A DNA stretch of 64,000 nucleotides. Source: a bacterium. Lineage in GTDB: Bacteria > Sysuimicrobiota > Sysuimicrobiia > Sysuimicrobiales > Kaftiobacteriaceae. The stretch lies in assembly GCA_036004445.1 (NCBI GenBank), contig DASYRL010000012.1, positions 23,853 to 87,852 on the forward strand, in the 5' to 3' direction. The position numbers and the translations under genes are program-made. Below the pieces are notes generated by a model, which saw only the letters and a list, made by a program, of their open reading frames with translations, ran no database searches and was not told the DNA's origin. Below, piece after piece: positions 19,830 through 29,823 of the stretch (position 1 is the first letter of the stretch; each line of letters starts with the position of its first letter).

Positions 19830-21430
19830 TGTGGGTTGACGTCATCGTCGAAGACATCCTGGCCTCGCGCCCGTCCGATCGCTACGTCATCAACGACGCG
19901 AAGAGCCCGTCCGGCCCGATTCACGTCGGCTCCCTGCGCGGGGTAGTGCTGCACGACTGTGTTCTGCGCGGCCTGCGGGATCGGGGACGGGACGCCGTGT
20001 TCCTCTACGGGTTCGACGACTATGATCCGTTTGACTCGCGTCCCCAGGTCGTGCCCGAAGAGTTCGATCGCTATCTGGGCGTCCCGCTGTCGGAGCTCCC
20101 GTCCCCTGCCGGCGACGGCCGCAGCTACGCACAACACTACGGGCAGAGCTTCGCCGACGTGTGGCGGAAGGTCGGCGCCGATCCCCAGATCTACTGGACG
20201 AGCGAGATGTACAAGTCCGGACGCTTCAACGACGCGATCCGCCTCGCCCTCGACCGTGCCGAGGACCTGATCCGCATCGACCGGGAGATCAGCGGGAGCC
20301 AGAAGGCCGAACGCCACCCGATCCAGCCGCTGTGCGAGGCGTGCGGACGGATCGGAACCACCGTCGTGACCGGATGGGACGGGACTCGCGTCTCCTATGA
20401 GTGCCGGCCGGATAAGGTGGCGTGGGCCCGCGGTTGCGGCCACCGCGGGGAGCGGTCGCCCTTCGACGGCGGCAGCAAGCTTCAGTACAAGGCCGAATGG
20501 GCCGCGAAGTGGCGGATTCTTCAGGTTTCGATTGAAGGTGCGGGAAAGGACCACATGACCAAGGGCGGGAGCCACGACGTGGCCAGCGGCATGGTCGAGC
20601 GCGTGTTTGCGTATCCGACCCCGTATCCGATTCCGTACGAGTGGTTCCTCGTCGGCGGGCGTAAGATGAGCACGAGCAAAGGGTTGGGCGTACCGGCGGC
20701 CGAGCTGACGGCGATCCTGCGCGCGGACCTGGCGCGTTTTCTGATGGTGCGGCCGCACTACCGGCAGCAGATCAACTTCGATCCGGGCGGCGAGACGATC
20801 CCGACGCTGTACGACGACTACGATCGCGCCGCCGCGGCATACTTCGGAACGGCTGAGGCGTCGTCGCCCGCGGAGGCCGATACCATCCGGGACTACGCGC
20901 GGACGTTCTTCTTCTCCCGCATTGGGGGGGAGCAGCCGCGCTGCCACCGGATCCGCTTCTCGAAGGTGGCCTACCTGATCCAGATGCCAAAGGTTGACCT
21001 CCGCGAGGCCGCCGCCGACGACAAGGGCGCGCCGCTGCTGCCTGCGGATGTGAACGAGCTTGAGACCCGGGCCGCCGATGCCCGGCGCTGGCTGAAAACG
21101 TACGCGCCGGAGTCCTATCGCTTCGACGTCCAGGCGACCCTCCCGCCGGTGGCGCTGTCAGCCCGCCAGCGCGACTTCCTCGCGCGGCTGGCTCCGCTGA
21201 TTGCCGACGGCGCGGCCGGCGGGGAGGTCCTGCAGGCCGCGATTCATACCCTGAAGAGCGAGATGGGCGTGCCGGCGAAGGAAGCGTTCAGCGCGATCTA
21301 CCTCGCGGTCCTCGGCAAAGACTCCGGTCCGCAGGCGGGATGGCTGCTGGCGTCGCTGGACCGCGGGTTTGTCCTGACACGCCTGCGCGAAGCCGCCGGC
21401 TCAGGCCAGGCCCCGGGCCCCAGGCCCTAG
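19829..21430 (+). CDS. lysK: class I lysyl-tRNA synthetase (archaeal-type LysRS)
   Basis: HIGH-region variant SGPIHVGSLRG and KMSKS variant KMSTSKG, about 533 aa; ATG overlaps the folC TAA (taATG). Confidence 0.85.
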   Translation: MWVDVIVEDILASRPSDRYVINDAKSPSGPIHVGSLRGVVLHDCVLRGLRDRGRDAVFLYGFDDYDPFDSRPQVVPEEFDRYLGVPLSELPSPAGDGRSYAQHYGQSFADVWRKVGADPQIYWTSEMYKSGRFNDAIRLALDRAEDLIRIDREISGSQKAERHPIQPLCEACGRIGTTVVTGWDGTRVSYECRPDKVAWARGCGHRGERSPFDGGSKLQYKAEWAAKWRILQVSIEGAGKDHMTKGGSHDVASGMVERVFAYPTPYPIPYEWFLVGGRKMSTSKGLGVPAAELTAILRADLARFLMVRPHYRQQINFDPGGETIPTLYDDYDRAAAAYFGTAEASSPAEADTIRDYARTFFFSRIGGEQPRCHRIRFSKVAYLIQMPKVDLREAAADDKGAPLLPADVNELETRAADARRWLKTYAPESYRFDVQATLPPVALSARQRDFLARLAPLIADGAAGGEVLQAAIHTLKSEMGVPAKEAFSAIYLAVLGKDSGPQAGWLLASLDRGFVLTRLREAAGSGQAPGPRP

Positions 21431-21436
21431 GCTGCC

Positions 21437-22390
21437 ATGTCGGACGAGGTCCTCGTCCTGGTCTTCACGCGCCTGGAGGATCGGCACCTGGAGCAGATCC
21501 AGGCGGTGGATCCTCGCGTGCGCGCCGTGCGCGCCGCCGACCCGGCACAGGCGCGCGAGCTGGCGCCGCAGGCCACGGTCATGGTCGGGTGGAGCATCCC
21601 CCCGGAGGTGCTGGCGCAGGCGCGGGCGCTGCGGTGGGTGCACTCCAGCGGCGCCGGTGTGGAGCGGCTCCTGGTCCCGCCGATCATCGACGGCGACGTG
21701 ATCGTGACCGACAGCAGCGGCATCCACCGGGCCATGGTCGAACACGTCTACGCGGTGATCCTGGCCTTCGCCCGGCGCCTGCACGTGGCCGTCCGGCTGC
21801 AGCTCGCCCGTCGCTGGGATCATGCGGCCGTCGCCGGCGACGAGCTGCGGGGCCGGACCCTGGGCATCCTCGGGTTGGGAGCGATCGGCCGCGACATCGC
21901 GCGCGCCGCGGCCGCGTTTGATCTCAATGTGATCGGGATCAAGCGCCACCCGGAACCGGTCGCCGGCGTGGCCCGCGTCCTGCCTCCGGAGGGACTGCAC
22001 GAAGTCCTGCGGGAGGCCGACTACCTGCTGGTCGCGCTGCCGCTGACGGGCGCCACCCGCGGCCTGATCGGGGAAGCCGAGTTCGCCGCGATGAAGTCCT
22101 CGGCGATCTTTATCAACATCGGGCGGGGGGCGATCGTTGACGAGGCGGCGCTCATCGCGGCGCTGCGAGACGGGCGGATCGCCGGCGCCGGACTCGACGT
22201 GTTCATAGAGGAACCGCTGCCGACGGACAGCCCGTTCTATGAGATGGCAAACGTCATCGTCACCCCGCACGTGGCGGGATCCACGCCGCGCTACTTCGAC
22301 CGCGTCACGGCCCTGCTGATCGAGAACCTGCGGCGGTTCCTCAAACAGGAGCCTCTCCACAACGTCGTTGATAAGGAACTCGGCTACTGA
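21437..22390 (+). CDS. D-isomer-specific 2-hydroxyacid dehydrogenase (PGDH/glyoxylate reductase family)
   Basis: GILGLGAIGRDIARAA NAD-binding motif, catalytic His region VTPHVAGST. Confidence 0.88.
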   Translation: MSDEVLVLVFTRLEDRHLEQIQAVDPRVRAVRAADPAQARELAPQATVMVGWSIPPEVLAQARALRWVHSSGAGVERLLVPPIIDGDVIVTDSSGIHRAMVEHVYAVILAFARRLHVAVRLQLARRWDHAAVAGDELRGRTLGILGLGAIGRDIARAAAAFDLNVIGIKRHPEPVAGVARVLPPEGLHEVLREADYLLVALPLTGATRGLIGEAEFAAMKSSAIFINIGRGAIVDEAALIAALRDGRIAGAGLDVFIEEPLPTDSPFYEMANVIVTPHVAGSTPRYFDRVTALLIENLRRFLKQEPLHNVVDKELGY

Positions 22391-22400
22391 CGACGAAACG

Positions 22401-22479
22401 GTGACTTGTGACTCGTGACTGGTGACTCGCACTACGTAACCATGTCGATCGAGTCACGAGTCACGAATCACGAGTCACC
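22401..22479. repeat. tandem-unit hairpin (GTGACTYG x4 / CGAGTCAC x4) upstream of the EF-G paralog
   Basis: gtgacttgtgactcgtgactggtgactcg-loop-cgagtcacgagtcacgaatcacgagtcacc; followed by GGAGG and GTG start. Confidence 0.9.
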
Positions 22480-22494
22480 ACGAGGAGGCTGCGA

Positions 22495-24582
22495 GTGAAA
22501 CCCTATCCCGCGGACCATATCAGAAATGTCGCTGTCGTCGGCCACGGCAGCACCGGCAAAACCTCACTGGTCGAGGCGATGCTGTTCGTGGCCAAGGCGA
22601 CCGACCGTCTGGGCAAAGTCGACGACGGCACGGCGGTCACCGATTTCGATCCCGAAGAGCAGCGCCGCAAGCACACCATCAATGCCGCCCTGGCCCCGCT
22701 GGAGTGGAGAGACTGTAAAGTCAACGTCATCGATGCCCCGGGCTATCCCGATTTCGTCGGGGAGGTCGTCGGCGCGCTGCGCGTCGCCGACGGGGCCATC
22801 GTCGTCGTGGACGCGGTGGCGGGTGTGCAGGTCCAGACCGAGGTCGCGTGGGACTCTGCGGTCCACGGAGGGATCAGCCGGCTGGTGGTGGTGAACCGGT
22901 TGGACCGGGAGAACGCGAACTTCGAGACCGTCCTCGATTCGCTGCGGACCCGCTTCGGGAACAGCGTTGCCCCCCTGCAGATTCCGATCGGCGCGGAAGC
23001 GGCATTCACCGGGATCGTCGATCTGCTCGAGATGAAGGCGTACAGGTTCGCCGACGGGCAGGCAACCGCCGCGGAGATCCCGGCGGACCTGACCGGCCCT
23101 GCGCAGGCCGCACGCGAGCGGCTGATCGAAGCGGCCGCGGAGACCGACGACGCGCTCGTTGAGAAGTACCTGGACACGGGTGAACTGACCCAAGAGGAAC
23201 TGACGCGCGGGCTGCACGCGGGCGTGAAGGCCGGGACGCTGGTACCGGTCCTCTGCGCGGCGGCGACCAAGCTCGTCGGGATCACGCCCATCCTCGATGC
23301 GGTCATCGCGCTGCTGCCCAGTCCCGCCGAAGCCGCGGTGAAGGCCACCGACACCGCCAAGCACGGGGAAGCGACGCTGACCCCCGACGGCGCGGGCCTG
23401 CTGGCCGCGCTGGTCTTCAAGACGGTCGCGGATCCCTACGTCGGGAAGCTGTCGTACTTCCGCGTGTACTCGGGCACCGTGAAGTCCGACTCGGCTGTCG
23501 TGAACGCCGCAAAGCAGAAGCCGGAGCGGATCGGGCAGGTCTACTTCGTGCGGGGCAAGCACCAGGAGCCCGCGGGCCAGGTTTCGGCGGGCGACATCGG
23601 CGCCGTCGCCAAACTGGGCGATACGTCGACCGGTGATACGCTCGCCGCGAAAGACCATCCGCTGGTCCTGCCGCCCGTCGAGTTTCCCAGTCCGGTCATC
23701 TCGATGGCCGTCGAGCCCAAGAGCAAGGGCGACGAGGACAAGATGGGTTCATCGCTGCAGCGGCTGACCGAGGAGGATCCGACGTTCCATGTCCGCCGCG
23801 ACGCCGAGCTCAAGCAGACCGTGATCTCCGGCATGGGCGAGTCCCACCTCGAAATCATGGCCGACCGCCTGCGGCGGAAGTTCGGCGTCGACGTGGCGCT
23901 GTCGGTGCCGAAGGTCCCGTACCGGGAGACGGTACGCGGCAAGGGCAAGGCGCAGGGCCGGTACGTGAAACAAACCGGCGGACGCGGGCAGTACGGCGTG
24001 TGCTTCGTGGAGGTCGAACCGCTGGCGCGGGGCGGTGGGTTCGAGTTCGTCGACAAGATCTTCGGGGCGGCGATTCCCAACCAGTTCATTCCCTCGGTGG
24101 AGAAAGGGGTCCGCAAGGCGCTGGAAGAGGGCGTGCTCTCCGGATCCCGCGTGGTGGACGTCCGGGTGATTCTCTACGACGGGAAGTACCATGACGTCGA
24201 CAGCTCCGACATCGCCTTTCAAATCGCCGGCTCGATGGCCTTCCGGGAGGCCGCGACGGCGGCCGGGGTGGTGCTGCTGGAACCGATCGTGGAGCTGCGG
24301 GTGCGCGTTCCTGAAGACGAGATGGGTGACGTCATCGGCGAGCTCAATGCCAAGCGGGGGCGGATTCACGGAATGGAACCGCAGGGCAACGGCACCACAG
24401 TCGTCCACGCCCATGTCCCGCAGGCGGAAGTGCTGCGGTACGCGTCCGACCTGCGCTCATCGACAGGCGGCCGAGGGACGTTCGAGATGACGTTTTCCCA
24501 CTATGAGGAGGTGCCGGCCCACATCGCCGATAAGATCGTCGCCAGCGCGAAGCAGCATAAGGCCGAGGCGGCCTCGCACTAG
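22495..24582 (+). CDS. elongation factor G paralog (EF-G2-like translational GTPase)
   Basis: G-domain AVVGHGSTGKTSL, DAPGYPDF, NRLD; full five-domain length; not in an rpsL-rpsG-fusA-tuf context. Confidence 0.88.
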   Translation: MKPYPADHIRNVAVVGHGSTGKTSLVEAMLFVAKATDRLGKVDDGTAVTDFDPEEQRRKHTINAALAPLEWRDCKVNVIDAPGYPDFVGEVVGALRVADGAIVVVDAVAGVQVQTEVAWDSAVHGGISRLVVVNRLDRENANFETVLDSLRTRFGNSVAPLQIPIGAEAAFTGIVDLLEMKAYRFADGQATAAEIPADLTGPAQAARERLIEAAAETDDALVEKYLDTGELTQEELTRGLHAGVKAGTLVPVLCAAATKLVGITPILDAVIALLPSPAEAAVKATDTAKHGEATLTPDGAGLLAALVFKTVADPYVGKLSYFRVYSGTVKSDSAVVNAAKQKPERIGQVYFVRGKHQEPAGQVSAGDIGAVAKLGDTSTGDTLAAKDHPLVLPPVEFPSPVISMAVEPKSKGDEDKMGSSLQRLTEEDPTFHVRRDAELKQTVISGMGESHLEIMADRLRRKFGVDVALSVPKVPYRETVRGKGKAQGRYVKQTGGRGQYGVCFVEVEPLARGGGFEFVDKIFGAAIPNQFIPSVEKGVRKALEEGVLSGSRVVDVRVILYDGKYHDVDSSDIAFQIAGSMAFREAATAAGVVLLEPIVELRVRVPEDEMGDVIGELNAKRGRIHGMEPQGNGTTVVHAHVPQAEVLRYASDLRSSTGGRGTFEMTFSHYEEVPAHIADKIVASAKQHKAEAASH

Positions 24583-24743
24583 GCCCCAGGTCCTTCAGTC
24601 TGGCAGGGAATAATCGGCCCACATGGCTAGTTAGGGTACGGCAGGAGCGGTACGCCCCGCGCCGAACTCATTCAGACCATAACGGTGTGCGGAGGGCCTT
24701 ATCTCATCTGGAGATAGGGCCCTTTGCGGTGCTGTGCACGGTG

Positions 24744-26513
24744 ATGCGAAGCTTCCTGTCCCCCGATCTCAAAGAAGAGATCCGCCGCAAGGTCGATTTG
24801 GTCGACTTGATCTCGACCCATGTCGCCCTCCGGAAGGCTGGGAAGTACTACAAAGGGCTCTGCCCGTTCCATTCCGAGAAGACGCCCTCCTTTCATGTCG
24901 ATCGGGAGAAGGGCTTGTGGCACTGTTTTGGGTGTCAAAAGGGAGGAACGGCCTTCGATTTCGTGATGCAGACGGCAAACCTGACGTTCCCGGAGGCCGT
25001 CCAAGAACTTGCCCATCGTGCCGGGGTGCGATTGGAACGGACGCCGGAAGAGACCCGACGCACGTCAGAGCGAGAGCAGCTGCTCCGCGTGCTGAAGGCG
25101 GCGGCGGCGTTCTTCGCGGCCCAACTGGCCGAGCCGCAGACGGGCCGGCCCGCCCGGGAGTATCTCGACCGCCGGGGGATCGATGAACCGACGGTGCAGC
25201 GGTTCGGCCTCGGCTACGCCCCGGCGGAGTGGGATGGCCTGCTGAGCGCCCTGACGCGGAAAGGGTACCAGCCCGCGCTGCTGGAGCAGGCCGGACTCGT
25301 GCAGAGCCGGCAGCGGGGCGAGGGGTACTACGATCTGTTCCGGCACCGGCTCATGTTCCCGATCGTCGACCTCCAGGACCGGCCCGTCGCCTTCGGCGGG
25401 CGGACGCTGGATCCCGACGGGCAGCCGAAGTACCTAAACTCGAAAGAGACGGTGGCGTTTTCCAAGGGCAAGACGCTCTACGGGCTGTCGCTGGCACGGG
25501 ATGTGATCCGTCAGACCGATGAGATCGTGGTGGTTGAGGGCAATATCGACGCCGTCACCTGCCACCAGTACGGCATCGACAACGCGGTGGCCTCGCTGGG
25601 GACGGCCCTGTCGATGGATCAGGTCCTGTTGATGAAGCGCTTCGCCGCGCGGGCCGTGCTGGTGTACGACGCGGACGCGGCAGGAATGGCCGCCTCGGAG
25701 CGGGCGATGGCGTTGTTCGACGAGATGGAGTTGTCCGTGCGCGTGGTCGTGCTGCCGTCGGGGGATCCCGATGGGTTCATCCGGGCGCAGGGCGCCGAGG
25801 CGTTTCGGAGCCTGGTCGCACTCGCGCTGCCAGTGTTCGACTATCAGGTGGCGATGGCGGTCCGGCGGCACGATCCGTCGACCGTCGAGGGGAAGGTCAG
25901 GATCGTCGACGAGCTGCTGCCGGCCCTAGCCGGCGTGGCCAATCCGGTCCGGCAGGCCGAGTACGTCCGGACCCTCGCGGAACGGTTTAGCCTTGCCGAG
26001 GATGCGATCCGGCAGCGCCTCCGGAGCAAGGGGCGGGGCCGGACGGCGGGCAAAGCCCAGCCTCCCCTGGAGGCCCGGCCCGAGCGGGCGCGGGAGCGGG
26101 CGGAACGGCTCCTCCTGCACCTGATGATTCACGAGCCGTCCCTCCGGAGGGGGGTCGCGGCGCGGCTGGGGCCCGACGATTTCGCCGATCCGGTGCACCG
26201 GGCCGTGGCGGTGGCTCTGTTTACGGCTCCCGATGAGGAATCAGAACGCCTCCGGGAACGTCTAAATGAAGGAGAACAGGCCATGTTCCTGCGGATGCTG
26301 TTCGAGGATCCGCCGGTAGAGGAAAAAGACACGCAGAAGGTAGTCGACGACGCCATCTCATACCTGGCGGAGCGCGAGCCCGCCGCCCTGCGACGGGATG
26401 CCCTGGCCAAGGAGATTCAGATCGCCGCGGCCGCGGGCGACAGCGAGAAGGTTCGCAGCCTGCAGATGCAGTATCTAAAACTAGTTGGCACCACAGATGC
26501 CAAGGAAGGGTAA
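24744..26513 (+). CDS. dnaG: DNA primase
   Basis: CHC2 zinc finger CPFHSEKTPSFHV...WHCFGC, TOPRIM EGNIDAV...YDADAAG. Confidence 0.9.
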   Translation: MRSFLSPDLKEEIRRKVDLVDLISTHVALRKAGKYYKGLCPFHSEKTPSFHVDREKGLWHCFGCQKGGTAFDFVMQTANLTFPEAVQELAHRAGVRLERTPEETRRTSEREQLLRVLKAAAAFFAAQLAEPQTGRPAREYLDRRGIDEPTVQRFGLGYAPAEWDGLLSALTRKGYQPALLEQAGLVQSRQRGEGYYDLFRHRLMFPIVDLQDRPVAFGGRTLDPDGQPKYLNSKETVAFSKGKTLYGLSLARDVIRQTDEIVVVEGNIDAVTCHQYGIDNAVASLGTALSMDQVLLMKRFAARAVLVYDADAAGMAASERAMALFDEMELSVRVVVLPSGDPDGFIRAQGAEAFRSLVALALPVFDYQVAMAVRRHDPSTVEGKVRIVDELLPALAGVANPVRQAEYVRTLAERFSLAEDAIRQRLRSKGRGRTAGKAQPPLEARPERARERAERLLLHLMIHEPSLRRGVAARLGPDDFADPVHRAVAVALFTAPDEESERLRERLNEGEQAMFLRMLFEDPPVEEKDTQKVVDDAISYLAEREPAALRRDALAKEIQIAAAAGDSEKVRSLQMQYLKLVGTTDAKEG

Positions 26514-26521
26514 GAGGCATG

Positions 26522-26553
26522 CCCTGAACCCGAGCAAAGCGAGTGGTTCAGGG
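26522..26553. repeat. REP-like 32-nt hairpin, copy 1, between dnaG stop and rpoD start
   Basis: ccctgaacc-cgagcaaagcgagt-ggttcaggg; 9 nt upstream of the rpoD ATG. Confidence 0.8.
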
Positions 26554-26561
26554 TGACGACG

Positions 26562-27659
26562 ATGGCAAAGAAAAAGGCGGCCCAGAGCCTGCCCCAGACA
26601 ACTGAGGAGATGCCCGCCGAGCTGAAAGCCCTGGTCGAATTGGGCAAAAAGCGCGGCCATTTGACCCACGACGAGATTCTCGAGCAGTTCCCGGAGGCGG
26701 AACAGAACATCGAGTTGATCGACCGGGTCTACTCCGTCCTCCTCGAGCAGGGTGTCGACGTCGTCGAGGATGCCAAGGAAGCCGAGGCCAAGGGCAAGGA
26801 GGACGAAGAGGCCCGCGAGGCCGAGGGCGTGACCATCGACGATCCGGTCCGGATGTACCTCAAGGAGATCGGGAAGGTCTCCCTGCTGTCGCCGGAACTG
26901 GAAACTGAGCTCGCCCAGCGGATGGAGAAGGGCGAGGAGGCGGCCAAGCGGCGCCTCATCGAGGCGAACCTGCGCTTGGTGGTCTCCATCGCCAAGAAGT
27001 ATGTCGGCCGGGGGATGCTCTTCCTGGATCTCATCCAGGAGGGAAATCTGGGTCTGATCCGCGCGGTCGAGAAGTTCGACTGGCGCAAGGGGTTCAAGTT
27101 CAGCACCTACGCCACGTGGTGGATCCGGCAGGCGATCACCCGCGCCCTGGCCGACCAGGCGCGGACGATCCGCATCCCGGTCCACATGGTGGAAACGATC
27201 AACAAGCTCATCCGCATCCAGCGGACGCTGCTCCAAGACCTGGGCCGCGAGCCCACTGCGGAGGAAGTCGCCGAAGCGATGGCGCTGCCGGTGGAGCGCG
27301 TGCGTGAGATCATCAAGATCTCGCAGGAGCCGATTTCCCTGGAAACGCCGATCGGCGAAGAGGAAGACAGCCACCTCGGCGATTTCATCGAAGACCAGGA
27401 GGCCCTGGCGCCGGCGGAAGCCGCGTCCTTCACGATGTTGAAGGAGCAGCTGGAAGACGTGCTGGAGACGCTGACGCCCCGGGAGCGAAAGGTCCTCAAG
27501 CTGCGGTTCGGCCTCGACGACGGCCGGCCCCGCACGCTCGAAGAGGTCGGCCGCGAGTTCGGCGTCACCCGCGAGCGCATCCGCCAGATCGAAGCCAAGG
27601 CGCTGCGCAAGCTGCGCCATCCGTCTCGTTCGAAGCGCCTGAAGGACTTCATCGAATAG
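26562..27659 (+). CDS. rpoD: RNA polymerase sigma-70 factor
   Basis: Regions 1.2-4 ([60 protein letters not shown]); alternative GTG start at 26553. Confidence 0.93.
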   Translation: MAKKKAAQSLPQTTEEMPAELKALVELGKKRGHLTHDEILEQFPEAEQNIELIDRVYSVLLEQGVDVVEDAKEAEAKGKEDEEAREAEGVTIDDPVRMYLKEIGKVSLLSPELETELAQRMEKGEEAAKRRLIEANLRLVVSIAKKYVGRGMLFLDLIQEGNLGLIRAVEKFDWRKGFKFSTYATWWIRQAITRALADQARTIRIPVHMVETINKLIRIQRTLLQDLGREPTAEEVAEAMALPVERVREIIKISQEPISLETPIGEEEDSHLGDFIEDQEALAPAEAASFTMLKEQLEDVLETLTPRERKVLKLRFGLDDGRPRTLEEVGREFGVTRERIRQIEAKALRKLRHPSRSKRLKDFIE

Positions 27660-29009
<1,350 letters not shown>

Positions 29010-29066
29010 GAGAACGACCCAGATGGGGCAGAGACAACCGGCCCGGGCCCGCAGTAGGCTCGGGCC

Positions 29067-29768
29067 GTGGCGTTTCTGCGCGGTATTCTCGACGTCCTCT
29101 TCCCGCCCGCCTGCCAGGTGTGCCGCACTCCGGGACAGGACGTCCTGTGCCGGATCTGTATGGAGCGTATCCGGCTCATCCGTGCGCCGGTCTGCGAGCG
29201 CTGCGGGAAGCCGCTGCGCGGCCCACCCGATCTCATCTTTACCTGCCTAAAGTGCCAGGGCAGGCGCCTGTCCTTCAGACGGGCGCGCGCGGCCGGCATC
29301 TACGATGGCGCGATGCGCGAGGCGATCCACGCGCTGAAATTCGCTGGACGGAGCGCGCTCGCCGGTCCGCTCGGCGCGGTGATGGCCGAATCGGCCACCC
29401 AGTGGCGCGCGGATCCACCGGAGGCCATCGTGCCCGTCCCGCTGCACGCGGTGCGGCGTCGGGAACGGGGATTCAACCAGGCGGAGCTGCTGGCGCAGCC
29501 GGTCGCCGAGGCGCTGAGCCGGCCGCTCACGCCGGGTGCGCTGACGCGAGTCCGGCCGACCGATGCGCAGAGCGGGCTTGACGCGGACGAGCGCCGGCGG
29601 AACGTGCGCCGGGCGTTTGCGGCCGGCGTGCCTCTCGACGGAGGGATCTTGCTCATCGACGACGTGTTCTCGACGGGCTGCACGGTCAACGAGTGCGCCA
29701 GGGCGCTCCGTGCCGCCGGCGCCGGGTACGTCGACGTGCTGACCCTGGCACACGCCGTGCTGGAATAG
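29067..29768 (+). CDS. ComF-family protein (double zinc ribbon + phosphoribosyltransferase domain)
   Basis: CxxC x4 at the N-terminus, PRTase motif LLIDDVFSTGCT; GTG start. Confidence 0.75.
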   Translation: MAFLRGILDVLFPPACQVCRTPGQDVLCRICMERIRLIRAPVCERCGKPLRGPPDLIFTCLKCQGRRLSFRRARAAGIYDGAMREAIHALKFAGRSALAGPLGAVMAESATQWRADPPEAIVPVPLHAVRRRERGFNQAELLAQPVAEALSRPLTPGALTRVRPTDAQSGLDADERRRNVRRAFAAGVPLDGGILLIDDVFSTGCTVNECARALRAAGAGYVDVLTLAHAVLE

Positions 29769-29823
29769 CCAGAGCGCCGGCCGGGCCGGCGCTCTGGGAG
29801 CTGTCGCGCCACGTGCGGAGGCG

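Noticed and set aside
19661-20947. 428-aa minus-strand ORF
   Set aside because: Antisense to the class I LysRS gene.
21401-22432. 343-aa minus-strand ORF
   Set aside because: Antisense to the 2-hydroxyacid dehydrogenase, whose GxGxxG and catalytic blocks are on the plus strand.
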